From: Nitrospira sp.
GTDB taxonomy: Bacteria; Nitrospirota; Nitrospiria; Nitrospirales; Nitrospiraceae
Direction of reading: 5' to 3'
DNA length: 60,642 nucleotides
Assembly (NCBI GenBank): GCA_003135435.1
Contig: PLBR01000102.1
Coordinates: 13,303-73,944, forward strand
The notes beneath the pieces are model-generated. The model saw nothing but the letters and a program-made list of their open reading frames with translations. It ran no database searches and was not told where the DNA came from. Of this stretch, positions 1-9,056 are shown piece by piece; the first letter of the stretch is position 1; the number at the start of each line of letters is the position of its first letter. The position numbers were made by a program, and so were the translations under genes.

Positions 1-168
1 GACCAGCACGGAGTCATTGACCTTCAAACCCATGCTCTTGACCGACCCTTCCGTAATCGCCGCCACAAATTCGAGCGTGCCGACTTTCACCGTTACCTCG
101 GCCATGGCTTGTCCTTCGGTGATTTTGGTGACCGTGCCTTGGAACTGATTCCGCGCGCTAAGTTTCAT
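1..168 (-). CDS. Mop/TOBE-domain molybdenum-binding protein (3' end lies outside the window)
   Basis: Minus-strand ATG at 166-168 preceded by GGAGGG. Translation is MKLSARNQFQGTVTKITEGQAMAEVTVKVGTLEFVAAITEGSVKSMGLKVNDSVLV, the SARNQ..G.V..I pattern of single-TOBE Mop proteins. Confidence 0.75.
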   Translation of the reverse strand, partial: MKLSARNQFQGTVTKITEGQAMAEVTVKVGTLEFVAAITEGSVKSMGLKVNDSVLV

Positions 169-235
169 GGTACCCTCCTTGGTAAGATGGCTGAATGATT
201 GCAGCCATCGGTTTCGTACACCTTCCGTCCAACCT

Positions 236-802
236 CTACTTGTCTTGATCGAAGCCGATCATGAATCCTTCCGGACCGGCAACCTCCAGCCGTATCACCT
301 GACGATCCCCTCGCATCACGTCCGGCTTCAACCGAAAACGCACAATCTTTGCGCGATCCTCTTCGCTCAATTGATAGACGGAAGATGCCCGATACGCCTG
401 TTCTAGTTCGCCCTGCACTGCGGCGATGTTCGAAACCGTGAAATTGATTTGCACCCAGCCGGTCGGACGCGGTGTTCGTAAATCCTGCCGAACCACGATC
501 AAGACGCCTCGGTAACAATAGCCACGGAGGCTGTCCACTTGGGGATGATCCATCCGTTGGACAACCGGCGCGTGCAAGACGGATTCAAAGAATTGCTCGT
601 GATGCTTGATATCGGACGTTTCAACCTGCACGCTTGCAAATCCCTCAAGAGAACCTGGGCCCTGAATCGCCACTTTGCACGATCGTTCCTGAGAAGCCGA
701 GGCGGCCTGACGATGCTGGGTCTGTGACATTTCTTCAGCCGACGCAGCCGTGACTGCAATCATGAACACGCTCGAACTTATTAAATAAACAAGTCTATGC
801 AT
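236..802 (-). CDS. secreted protein, possibly VOC/glyoxalase fold
   Basis: ATG at 800-802; the track ORF 236..1117 is over-extended upstream. Signal-like N-terminus MHRLVYLISSSVFMIAVTAASA. Fold assignment by pattern only. Confidence 0.5.
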   Translation of the reverse strand: MHRLVYLISSSVFMIAVTAASAEEMSQTQHRQAASASQERSCKVAIQGPGSLEGFASVQVETSDIKHHEQFFESVLHAPVVQRMDHPQVDSLRGYCYRGVLIVVRQDLRTPRPTGWVQINFTVSNIAAVQGELEQAYRASSVYQLSEEDRAKIVRFRLKPDVMRGDRQVIRLEVAGPEGFMIGFDQDK

Positions 803-813
803 GCTTCTCCCCG

Positions 814-1143
814 TTACTTGCATCGGAACTGAATCCCCCAGCGCCGCCCGCTGACTTCCCCTTCTGCTCCTTCCACGCCGGACATACTGCTGTAACCCTC
901 CACTTCCCCGTCTTTGAGGACGGTGTAGCCAAAGGGACATTTTTCCTCGATGAGTTTCAAGGCGTCCTTGCGATGTGGTGATCCCATTGGGCCGCCCCTG
1001 TCTTCCTTGAACAGGTAGGTCACAACGCCGCCTTGCTCCGTTTCGTGACTCAGAATGACCGCTTGGGAACAGCCGACGCTGATAACGAGCACGGCCAACC
1101 CGATCACCTTCGTCCATTGCTTAACTGGGCAGCGTAAACCCAT
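814..1143 (-). CDS. small lipoprotein, unknown function
   Basis: ORF with lipobox LVISVGC after a hydrophobic stretch. Overlaps the modA 3' end by 23 nt. Confidence 0.5.
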   Translation of the reverse strand: MGLRCPVKQWTKVIGLAVLVISVGCSQAVILSHETEQGGVVTYLFKEDRGGPMGSPHRKDALKLIEEKCPFGYTVLKDGEVEGYSSMSGVEGAEGEVSGRRWGIQFRCK

Positions 1144-1930
1144 AACGCTTCATGATCTCCTGTCCCTGAAAACCTTTCATAAATTCCAGGAACCGGTTTG
1201 CAGATTCCTGATGGGTCGATGATTTCAAGATCACCGCGCCCTGTTCCAGAGGCGAGTGTGCGGTCGCTGGAATCTCCCAGTACTGCCCGGCGGCCTTCAT
1301 CGCTGGTGCGAGCGCCAAGGACAATGCGACAATTCCAGCGTCACAGGCGCCGGATTCAATGAATTGCGCCGCTTGCGAGATATTCTCTCCTAGAATGAGC
1401 TTGTCTTTGACCTGGTCATAGACCTTGAAATATTCCATCGCGGCCACTGCCGCCCTACCATAGGGAGCATGTTTGGGATTGGCGATGGCGATCTTCTTGA
1501 TCGTCGGTTCAAGCAAGATCTCCAGCCCCTTGGAGAGATCCAGGTGTGACCCATTGCCGACCCACAAGACAATCCGCCCGACGGCATAGGGATAAAGCGA
1601 TCCCGGGACGGCCAGACCGGCCTCTTCCAGCTTCTTGGCGTAGCCGATATCGGCTGAAAAGTAGAGGTCGAACGGCGCGCCATTTTGAATTTGTGAGAAG
1701 AAGTTACCTGATGACCCTAATGAGAGTTTGACGTGATTGCCGGTTTGCTTCTCGTACTCGGCTCCCAATTCTTTGAATGCGAAGTTCAAATCTGATGCGG
1801 CGGCAATGGTCACGTCTTCACTGAATGCGATAGGCGGCAAAACCAACCCAACCACGACGGCCCCTATGACCAGAGCCGTACACATGACTCGGAAAACAGC
1901 TGCTTTTCCTCTGAACCAGTTCATGAGCAT
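1121..1930 (-). CDS. modA: molybdate ABC transporter substrate-binding protein ModA
   Basis: N-terminal membrane/signal segment, then TIAAASDL..F.E....Y...TG..V....GSSG....QI..GAPFD.YFSAD, typical of ModA. An alternative ATG at 1924 has better RBS spacing. Confidence 0.85.
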   Translation of the reverse strand: MLMNWFRGKAAVFRVMCTALVIGAVVVGLVLPPIAFSEDVTIAAASDLNFAFKELGAEYEKQTGNHVKLSLGSSGNFFSQIQNGAPFDLYFSADIGYAKKLEEAGLAVPGSLYPYAVGRIVLWVGNGSHLDLSKGLEILLEPTIKKIAIANPKHAPYGRAAVAAMEYFKVYDQVKDKLILGENISQAAQFIESGACDAGIVALSLALAPAMKAAGQYWEIPATAHSPLEQGAVILKSSTHQESANRFLEFMKGFQGQEIMKRYGFTLPS

Positions 1931-2018
1931 TCCTCTACGTTCAAAAGACTTCTACAGATTAAAATTGTGGTCTTCTTCGCGGACAACAAAGATATACGCA
2001 AATAAAATGTCACTATAA

Positions 2019-2037
2019 TTGCTGCCTTCGGCAGCAA
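2019..2037 (-). terminator. stable hairpin (TTGCTGCC-TTC-GGCAGCAA), possible terminator downstream of the 2196..2771 gene
   Basis: Perfect 8-bp stem. On the minus strand it is followed by a T-rich stretch (TTATAGTGACATTTTATTT) with no clean U-tract. Confidence 0.3.
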
Positions 2038-2195
2038 GCAAATCCCGGCTCTTCAAAAGAAATGAGGATCGTCGATTTTTCCGTAGACCAAACGACCCTC
2101 TCCAGATTCAGAGGACACAGGAGGGACTGTGAAACTTCTCTGAATGCGGCTCGTACTGATACATACATACTCTCTAACCCGTTCCCCTGGAGACC

Positions 2196-2771
2196 CTAAT
2201 TGGTGAGCGAGGGCGTCGCATCGCTCAGATAAAACAGACTGCCCCGTGCGCGGATGGTTCGATTCCGGACAGCAATGCGTACTTGAGCTGGATCAACCAC
2301 AATGTTCACCGTATCCCACACTTGAGGACGTCGGCTCAAGCCCACGATTGGCCCGGTACTCTTCAGCGTCCAGCTCTCCCCATGCAGCTTCGCCGTGATC
2401 AACGGCGCTATTCTCTCCGGCTCCACGAAAACGATCCGGCCGATCCACCGATTCCATCGACTCTTCCCCTGCCTGAACTCGCCGGCCTCGAACCGTACGC
2501 CTTCCGCAGGAATCGCGGCAATGACCCATTGTCCAATCCTGACACCGCTCACTTCTCCCTGGTGGGACGGCCATTTAACACGAAAGTCCGTTCTCTCTCC
2601 CACCCGCATCCGAATCCCCGTTCGCGTGAGGCCTTGATAAATAGCCACCACGGGACCGGTGACGACATTGAGCGTGGGTGAGGACGGGTTAAATTCCAGA
2701 AGTTCCGCTTCGTCAGCGCCTTCGCTAGGTTCCTCTCGCCAGACACCGTGATCCTTGCTAAGCGGGGACAT
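2196..2771 (-). CDS. hypothetical protein with two TOBE-like repeats
   Basis: ATG at 2769-2771. Two segments resemble TOBE barrels: NVVTGPVVAIYQG..IRMRVG.. and NRWIGRIVFVEPE..ITAKLHG... Sits last in the porin operon. Pattern-level call only. Confidence 0.45.
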   Translation of the reverse strand: MSPLSKDHGVWREEPSEGADEAELLEFNPSSPTLNVVTGPVVAIYQGLTRTGIRMRVGERTDFRVKWPSHQGEVSGVRIGQWVIAAIPAEGVRFEAGEFRQGKSRWNRWIGRIVFVEPERIAPLITAKLHGESWTLKSTGPIVGLSRRPQVWDTVNIVVDPAQVRIAVRNRTIRARGSLFYLSDATPSLTN

Positions 2772-2844
2772 AATCCATCTCCTCCTTCCAATGTGGCCCG
2801 CCATTTTTCCAACCATTGTTTGCACGCAAGGCTGTACAGTATTC

Positions 2845-4638
2845 CTAGAAAAAGACCTGAAACTGTACCCGGATCATGTTTTCGATCAGAGTACCCGCAT
2901 GCGCATCCAGTGGCACACATCCTGATGGAAATGTGGCTGGGCATGGAACCGTACTTTGTGAACCGCCCGTACTCGGCAAGGGACTGCTCCGCCCAATCGC
3001 GTAGCCTCCCTGTCCCATGGCTATATTGCTATAGGTCAGCATGATCGAATAGTCATACGTGCCGAACGGGTACCAGTTGAGGGAGACATCTGTTTCCTTG
3101 ATCAAATCGCCTCCTGAATTTGTATCCGGATCCCACCAGGCATAGCGTGCGGCAACTTCCACTTTACGTGGGATGAGATAGTAGCCGGATTGGACATACC
3201 ATCCGGTCGAGTTGCCGAGCTGCCCCGGGGCAAACGCGGTGCACGGGCCGCCCCCGCCCGTCGTCTGTAGACATGGGAGACCCTTGTTATGCCGGGTCAC
3301 GTTCTTGAACCAGTATTCCGCCTGCAAAGAGAATCCTCGATATTTGAGCGCGTAATCCAACGTCCACGTTGAAAAATCGACGACACCCTGTCCCAGGATT
3401 CGTCCGTTTCCATTAACAGCCAATGCGCGTCGAACGGTCAGGTTCGCCAGATCAAGCCCCAGAAACGCGTTATCGGTACTGGTATTGATTGCTGGATTAT
3501 AGGCATACCCGCCCCCAACAACCATCTGGGGAGTCTCCGAATAGGCAATATCTCCCTCCCCATAGCCGGCCCGACCCATGATATTCGCTTGGAGTCTGGC
3601 CGCATACATCATCTGGTTGACATTGCTTCGGAAGTTGCCGTTCAGGTTCCGCTGACTTGCGGGACAGTTCGCCGTTGTAGGAAACGGCTGACCTGATGTC
3701 TGCCCACCCGAGCACCCGACAGTCGGCTCTTCGCTCGAAAATTGAGCGAAACGGTTCACGAGCGGACCGACTCCGTTGAACACTCCAAAGTAATAATTGA
3801 TGGGATAGACCTCTTCATCGTTCATGATGGTGATTCCGACATCGCGACGGTTGATGCCGTTTGCCGTAAAGGCATCCATCACGAGAGCGCGGCCTGCAAA
3901 CTGCATTGCAGCCGTGGAATTGATCTGCGACCGGTCGAAGTAGACCTTAAACTGCCCCACTTGGACATTTAGCCAGTTGATATGGCTGCTCATGATATAG
4001 GCGTCAAGCAAGGTTACGGCACCCGGCGCTTGCGCGTTTTCTGCAGTCTCACCCGCGATTTGAAAGTTGTATCTGAAATCCGGGTTAAAGAGGTGCCCCA
4101 TGAAAAAGAGCCGGGCGGTCCTCAGATTAAAGGATGAAGCTTCATCGATAGAACGGGTAGCCCGGTAATCGCCGAAGACGCCGAGCAGTTCAGGATAATT
4201 CTTGGAATCCCCAGAATTCCGATACGCGTCAATCCGGTAGCGCTGCGTAAAGCGGGTTTGCAGGCGTCCGCGGATTTTCAGAAGGAAGGCATTGTCGTTC
4301 ATCGAGAAGTTGAAGCCGCGGTCATACCAGGCCTTAAAGCTCGGCTGGAGTAGGTAGGCCCGCTCTTGCGATTCTCTGACAACCGCATCATATTCTTCCT
4401 GCGTGATGGTGCCCTGTTTGACAGCACGCTCTAGCAGCAGTTTGGTCGCAGGATCCATGCTCTCTACGAACACATATTTGCCATCTTTTTCGACCAATCG
4501 TCCGGTCTCCGCGGCAAAGAGTTCCTCCGAGAGGCACCACGGCACACACAGCAACCCAATAGCCATAACCACATAGATTCCCAGCCGACGCACACCTCGA
4601 TGAGCAATGCAGGAAGCCCTTCCTACAAATACGCTCAT
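2845..4638 (-). CDS. outer-membrane porin (phosphate-selective porin O/P-like), paralogue A
   Basis: ATG at 4636-4638 after GGAGGA. Signal peptide, long beta-rich body and aromatic OMP terminus RVQFQVFF. Clear paralogue of 9057..10676. Confidence 0.75.
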   Translation of the reverse strand: MSVFVGRASCIAHRGVRRLGIYVVMAIGLLCVPWCLSEELFAAETGRLVEKDGKYVFVESMDPATKLLLERAVKQGTITQEEYDAVVRESQERAYLLQPSFKAWYDRGFNFSMNDNAFLLKIRGRLQTRFTQRYRIDAYRNSGDSKNYPELLGVFGDYRATRSIDEASSFNLRTARLFFMGHLFNPDFRYNFQIAGETAENAQAPGAVTLLDAYIMSSHINWLNVQVGQFKVYFDRSQINSTAAMQFAGRALVMDAFTANGINRRDVGITIMNDEEVYPINYYFGVFNGVGPLVNRFAQFSSEEPTVGCSGGQTSGQPFPTTANCPASQRNLNGNFRSNVNQMMYAARLQANIMGRAGYGEGDIAYSETPQMVVGGGYAYNPAINTSTDNAFLGLDLANLTVRRALAVNGNGRILGQGVVDFSTWTLDYALKYRGFSLQAEYWFKNVTRHNKGLPCLQTTGGGGPCTAFAPGQLGNSTGWYVQSGYYLIPRKVEVAARYAWWDPDTNSGGDLIKETDVSLNWYPFGTYDYSIMLTYSNIAMGQGGYAIGRSSPLPSTGGSQSTVPCPATFPSGCVPLDAHAGTLIENMIRVQFQVFF

Positions 4639-4720
4639 GCCAAGATCCTCCATTTAATCCGCCATTCACAGAGACTGAACAGCGATGAATGAATCCGCTC
4701 GCTGAAAAAGAGAGGTAAAA

Positions 4721-5365
4721 TCAAGGCAACTGGCTAGTTTTCAGGAAGCCCCTGAAGTCAACTCCGCGCGTGTCACTCCTGGGGTCGATCACATAAAATC
4801 GACCCGGCTCGAAGTACAGGAGGTACGCTTGCTCGGGGGTCCAGGGTGTCGGATAGTTGTAGTCGTACACGTCGTATGTCCGGAGAGGCTGCTGAACATG
4901 AAAGTAATCGATGGTCAGATGGAGCCGCTGATCCTGCACGGCAACCCATCCGCCGGTGACATCACGTCGGTACCGCGGGTTCATACCGGGAGCGAAGAGT
5001 TCGAAGTAGACCCGTTCCTCGGGCCCAACCTTCTGCAGCGCATCGGCAAGCTGTGGAGCCAATACCTGCAATTCGTCTTCCCTGAACATCACCTTCGGCG
5101 GAGTCTCTTCGGCAAACCATCGAAGCGGCAGGCGCTGTTGCTCGCGCAGAGAAAAGCCGCGGAGAATAGCCGCCACCTGTTGCGGGGTAATCTGGACCGG
5201 ATGCGTATATCCGATCGATGTGATTTCCCGCTGCAACATGACGGCGACCCGTTTATCCTCATGCACCACCGACGTGGTGTAGGGAATCCGCGCACAACCC
5301 AGACCAATCAAAACGAGAACGGCAACCAAGAGGGTTGCCAACCTCGTAGCGTTCACGTGAGACAT
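4721..5365 (-). CDS. conserved lipoprotein, unknown function (paralogue A)
   Basis: ATG at 5363-5365 after AGGAGG. Lipobox LIGLGC. Shares blocks with 11538..12272: TPQQVAAILRGF/TPTEVGTLLRGV, FREDELQVLAPQLADALQKV/FRDEEIILLAPALSKALAQA. Confidence 0.65.
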   Translation of the reverse strand: MSHVNATRLATLLVAVLVLIGLGCARIPYTTSVVHEDKRVAVMLQREITSIGYTHPVQITPQQVAAILRGFSLREQQRLPLRWFAEETPPKVMFREDELQVLAPQLADALQKVGPEERVYFELFAPGMNPRYRRDVTGGWVAVQDQRLHLTIDYFHVQQPLRTYDVYDYNYPTPWTPEQAYLLYFEPGRFYVIDPRSDTRGVDFRGFLKTSQLP

Positions 5366-5454
5366 GACGAACCTCCTACCGGTTTGCTTACTCCATAATA
5401 CAGATATAAATGACATGTATACTTGACACATTGGACAAAAAATATATCGCTGCG

Positions 5455-6288
5455 TCACTTTCCTTGCCTGGGCAAGGCATAACCCAAGCCTTTTAGGATA
5501 CTTTGGGCTTCTGGAGATTGGGAAAACTCGAGGAACTCTTCACAGAGCGGGCGATCGGGACAGTACCGTTCCATCGCCAGGGAATGGATGATTGGACGAA
5601 TGGCCTGCTCAGATGCGATAGCTACAACGCGAACTCGTTCCCGTTTGTCATAGGCGTCCGGACCGAAGATAATCCCGACGTCGGCCTGTCCGTTTAACAC
5701 ATGATCCAACACTGCGCGGGCATCCATCGCCACATCCAACCGGCTTTTCATGGCCTCTGCGATTCCCAAGGCCTTCAAGAGTTCGTTGGTCTTTTGCCCA
5801 ACCACGGTCAGCATTGGATCTGCGACGGCCACTCGTATTCGAGTATCCTGGGCAAGCGCCTCAAACGACAACGGCGCATCGACGAGCGATTCAGGCACGA
5901 CCAGCACCAATGAGACGGTGGCATACGGCCGGCGTGTCTGTGGCAGCACATAATATTTCTGTTCCAAGCGAGTGATCAGCTCATCGCCGCCTGGTGCAAT
6001 AATGTGAATGGGGCCTGACCCAATGAAGTATTGTCCCATGGGACTATTCTCCATCGCTGCGATCGTGCGACGCAAATCCAGACTGGAATCAAAGTACAGC
6101 CGCACCTTCACATCTGGACGACTGGCTTCGAAGGCCCTCGCAAGCGCTTCAAGAGGCTGGGCCAGACTCGGAGAAGCGGCAACAACCAGCGGCTCGCTCG
6201 CTGCGGCTGAATCGATTCCTCCGGCTAGCAGAACGGCGACGATCAGCACGGTCATTCTTACGACATTCCGCATGGATGTCCTCAGCAT
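5455..6288 (-). CDS. ModA-like (molybdate/tungstate-type) periplasmic binding protein, paralogue A
   Basis: Signal peptide, then the type-II PBP pattern VVAASPSL...L...F......V.V...F.SS..L...I. No adjacent ModBC-type genes. Confidence 0.7.
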   Translation of the reverse strand: MLRTSMRNVVRMTVLIVAVLLAGGIDSAAASEPLVVAASPSLAQPLEALARAFEASRPDVKVRLYFDSSLDLRRTIAAMENSPMGQYFIGSGPIHIIAPGGDELITRLEQKYYVLPQTRRPYATVSLVLVVPESLVDAPLSFEALAQDTRIRVAVADPMLTVVGQKTNELLKALGIAEAMKSRLDVAMDARAVLDHVLNGQADVGIIFGPDAYDKRERVRVVAIASEQAIRPIIHSLAMERYCPDRPLCEEFLEFSQSPEAQSILKGLGYALPRQGK

Positions 6289-6313
6289 CGAATCTCCGTC
6301 ACTCTCGGCTCAT

Positions 6314-7495
6314 CTACAATGTTTGCAGCTTGCCGGTTTCTCTCGTGTCATAGCCCCCGAGCGCCTCGACCTCAACCCTGAACTGACGCATCACAATCGT
6401 GTCAAAAAACCTTTGTACGGTGGGGTGCGCGGAGATATAGGCTTTGGGTACGACAAGATCGTACCGGGCCTCCTGGAGCGGAACAAAATCGAGCCCGTAA
6501 TAATTTGCGGCGAAACGCACCCCAACGCCGACATCCACCTGCCCTTCCGCAATTAATCGCGCCACGTGAACGTGCGACGATGCAAGTCGGTCATAGCCCT
6601 TCACATGAAGTGACGTGACACCTGCAGCGGATAACCTCTGGTCGAGCAGGATCCGCGCGCCTGCACCTGCTTCCCGATTGATGAGGTGCACGTCGGCACG
6701 TGCCAGATCGGTAATCGCACGAATGCTCTTGGGATTGCCAGGGCGCACAAGCAGGCCTTCTTCCCAGCGAGCGAACGTCACGATGTTCACCTCATATCCT
6801 TTGAGGTGCCGTTTGACATAGGGCAGATTCGATTCGCCGGACTTGCTATCGACAATGTGGAGACCTGCAATATGCACTTCTCCCCGCTTCAACGCGTCTA
6901 CCGCGGCGCCGCTTCCCATCGTCCATCCAACCACCGTGGCGGTGTTCGTGTAGCGCCGTAAATATTCGCCTGCGAGAAAGATGGCGGGATCGCACCCGGC
7001 CACCGCGATTTCCTGCTCGATCAACCGACGATCTCTCAACAAGCGCACCCGTACGGGCCGGGAAGTCTTGTCGCCACGTGGGGAAGCACTTGTTGCCTCA
7101 GTAATCAAGCCGTCGGCTGGGATTGCATAATTCAGCACTTCACCGAGGTGCGCCACCGGCCTCACGATGAGCCGATTTCCGACATGGACAACTTTCACTC
7201 GCGCATGATGAACCAGAGACTCAGTGCCCGACTCAGCGATCAACTCACCTACCACATCCTCACCAGTCGAGATAAGGCGGAAGAGATCTTCCACCTGGCA
7301 ATTCAAAGCTCCCGCCAGACGAAGTGCAACAGCAGTCGTGGGAAGGTATTGATGGGCCTCAATGGCACACACAGCCTGCCGTGTAATTCCTGACATGGTG
7401 GCGAGATCGCTTTGGGAAAGACCTTTTGCGGTGCGGAGCATACGAAGATGGTTCTCAATGTTACTGGATGGTTCGGCCCTGTTTTTTTCACCCAT
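6314..7495 (-). CDS. XRE-type HTH + PBP-like domain transcriptional regulator (TunR-like architecture)
   Basis: ATG at 7493-7495; the track start at 7516 is TTG. N-terminal HTH LRMLRTAKGLSQSDLATMSGITRQAVCAIE. The C-terminal ~250 aa are PBP-like (IAVAGCDPA.., GEVHIAGLH, GVGVRFAA..GLDFVPL). Confidence 0.7.
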   Translation of the reverse strand: MGEKNRAEPSSNIENHLRMLRTAKGLSQSDLATMSGITRQAVCAIEAHQYLPTTAVALRLAGALNCQVEDLFRLISTGEDVVGELIAESGTESLVHHARVKVVHVGNRLIVRPVAHLGEVLNYAIPADGLITEATSASPRGDKTSRPVRVRLLRDRRLIEQEIAVAGCDPAIFLAGEYLRRYTNTATVVGWTMGSGAAVDALKRGEVHIAGLHIVDSKSGESNLPYVKRHLKGYEVNIVTFARWEEGLLVRPGNPKSIRAITDLARADVHLINREAGAGARILLDQRLSAAGVTSLHVKGYDRLASSHVHVARLIAEGQVDVGVGVRFAANYYGLDFVPLQEARYDLVVPKAYISAHPTVQRFFDTIVMRQFRVEVEALGGYDTRETGKLQTL

Positions 7496-7539
7496 AGTGG
7501 GTTTGTAAGATATCAAGTTTTCATGACATTAGTCAAGTA

Positions 7540-7554
7540 TTATAGAATCTATAA
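7540..7554. promoter_or_regulatory. palindrome TTATAG-AAT-CTATAA in the divergent control region (candidate operator)
   Basis: Perfect 6-bp arms with a 3-bp spacer, inside the very AT-rich 133-bp region between the regulator and the beta-barrel gene. Confidence 0.35.
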
Positions 7555-7570
7555 TCTATTGAAATAATTG

Positions 7571-7598
7571 TTGACAAAATTAACTAACTTAATATATT
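7571..7598 (+). promoter_or_regulatory. sigma70-like promoter candidate for the 7629 operon
   Basis: TTGACA (7571-7576), 16-nt spacer, TATATT (7593-7598), about 30 nt upstream of the ATG. Confidence 0.4.
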
Positions 7599-7628
7599 TA
7601 TATTGTCATAATCACGATCGGAATACAG

Positions 7629-8693
7629 ATGTATAACCGCTTGCAAAACATAATCATGAATACAATCAAATTATTTCGTAACCAGCTATTCATTATTTTC
7701 CTGCTTGAAGTAGTGCTCCAACTGGCCTCTCCCATTCCTGCTCACAGCTTTGACTGGGTCCCGACAGATGAGGAGATCAAGAAGTACCGCCAAAGCTGGA
7801 ATCCCCTGTCCCATGGTCCCGTTCTCCTCCAAGCGGTCGATATACAACCGAAGGGGCAGCTTTCAATCCGAGAATTCCTTTTCTCACAAATCGGAGAAAG
7901 CAGCTTCGGCAATCACCTCAGCTTTGCGACCGACAGCAAAAGCGGACCGGTTCATCTCTACCAGGTGTCGCCCTCCATCAATGCCTCCTACGGACTGACC
8001 AATCACATTGAATTAGGTGCCGCATTTTCGATGAATTCGTTCTGGGCCACCCAAAACGGGCAGAGCACGAGTTCGACAGGCTTGGGCGACACCTCGCTCA
8101 TCATGAAATACCGGCCAATCATTCAAGACCCTGGAAGCTGGCGCCCTTCCATAACCCATTACACGCAGGTTGTGCTACCCACCAGCCGCTGGGCCGATGC
8201 AGAGAAGCCACCAGGCGGGTTCACGCCGCTCGGACGGCTTCCCAGTACGCGATTTGGCGAATATGGGCTGACGCAAGGACTTATGACGCGAAAGAACCTT
8301 GAACCCATTCGCATCAGCGCAGCCGTGTTCTATACCTACGCCGCACCCGGAGAGAACGGCGGAAAGAACACCTACACCGGCGACATAGTCAATACGCGCT
8401 TGATTTTCGAGCACATACTCAATGACAAGAACGGGTTCGGGTACAACATCGAAGTCAGCACCTTGCACGGGCTCACCTGGCGGGCGGACGGACACGACAT
8501 CAACGCAGGACAGAGAAACGGCTTTACGATTATCGGTGTGGAGCCGGCGCTTCAATGGAACTTTTCTCAGAACTGGTTGGTCGCCGTCGGCTGTCTGTTT
8601 ACCGTTGCAGGCCAGAATGCCACCAATTCCACCTATCCGAATCTGTCCGTCTTTTGGATGTGGGACAAGAGCGGGAAGATTGTCATGCGATAG
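7629..8693 (+). CDS. outer-membrane beta-barrel protein (MetA-pathway/transporter-like family)
   Basis: Signal peptide, then alternating beta pattern with Gly/aromatic-rich strands. A truncated paralogue fragment lies at 30593..30814. Family name from memory of similar sequences. Confidence 0.65.
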   Translation: MYNRLQNIIMNTIKLFRNQLFIIFLLEVVLQLASPIPAHSFDWVPTDEEIKKYRQSWNPLSHGPVLLQAVDIQPKGQLSIREFLFSQIGESSFGNHLSFATDSKSGPVHLYQVSPSINASYGLTNHIELGAAFSMNSFWATQNGQSTSSTGLGDTSLIMKYRPIIQDPGSWRPSITHYTQVVLPTSRWADAEKPPGGFTPLGRLPSTRFGEYGLTQGLMTRKNLEPIRISAAVFYTYAAPGENGGKNTYTGDIVNTRLIFEHILNDKNGFGYNIEVSTLHGLTWRADGHDINAGQRNGFTIIGVEPALQWNFSQNWLVAVGCLFTVAGQNATNSTYPNLSVFWMWDKSGKIVMR

Positions 8694-8725
8694 CCCATCA
8701 CGCGAGAGCGAGCAGGACCGTCATC

Positions 8726-8908
8726 ATGGGAAGCACAGAACGATCAGATCAGCAGGACTATCAAACAATCGAGCAGGCAATTCGACTCGCACTCAGAGGC
8801 ATCCGCTTTGGATCTATCGAAATCATCGTTCACGATTCCAAAGTCGTGCAGATTGAGCGCAAGGAAAAAACACGTTTTGACGGCGAAGGTTCAACGTCCA
8901 CGCGCTGA
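8726..8908 (+). CDS. YezD/DUF2292-family small protein
   Basis: 60-aa ORF (ATG 8726) with the core GSIEIIVHDSKVVQIERKEKTRF, typical of DUF2292. Confidence 0.65.
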   Translation: MGSTERSDQQDYQTIEQAIRLALRGIRFGSIEIIVHDSKVVQIERKEKTRFDGEGSTSTR

Positions 8909-9056
8909 GGTCACGATGATACTTCACAACTGTTGTCATTGCTAAAGGAGAACGATCGGCCGTCCAGATGACTGGAGGCCAAGACCGACTATTTCAATCG
9001 TCAAATTGAGAACTGACCGGACCACCGGAAGTTCACATGTCACGGAGGGAAGCGAC

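Noticed and set aside
803-1117. Upstream 105 codons of the track ORF 236..1117.
   Set aside because: This part runs antisense or out of frame through the lipoprotein gene 814..1143 and has an Arg/Gly-rich, implausible composition. The real start is the ATG at 800-802, followed by a signal peptide.
2246-2262. tRNA T-loop-like strings: GGTTCGATTCC at ~2250, GAGTCGAACCC at ~30661 and GAGTTCGAACC at ~59375.
   Set aside because: The flanking bases do not form T-stems or acceptor stems. The first two lie inside coding sequence, and the second is conserved as protein in the intact paralogue. I could support no tRNA, tmRNA or rRNA gene anywhere in the window.
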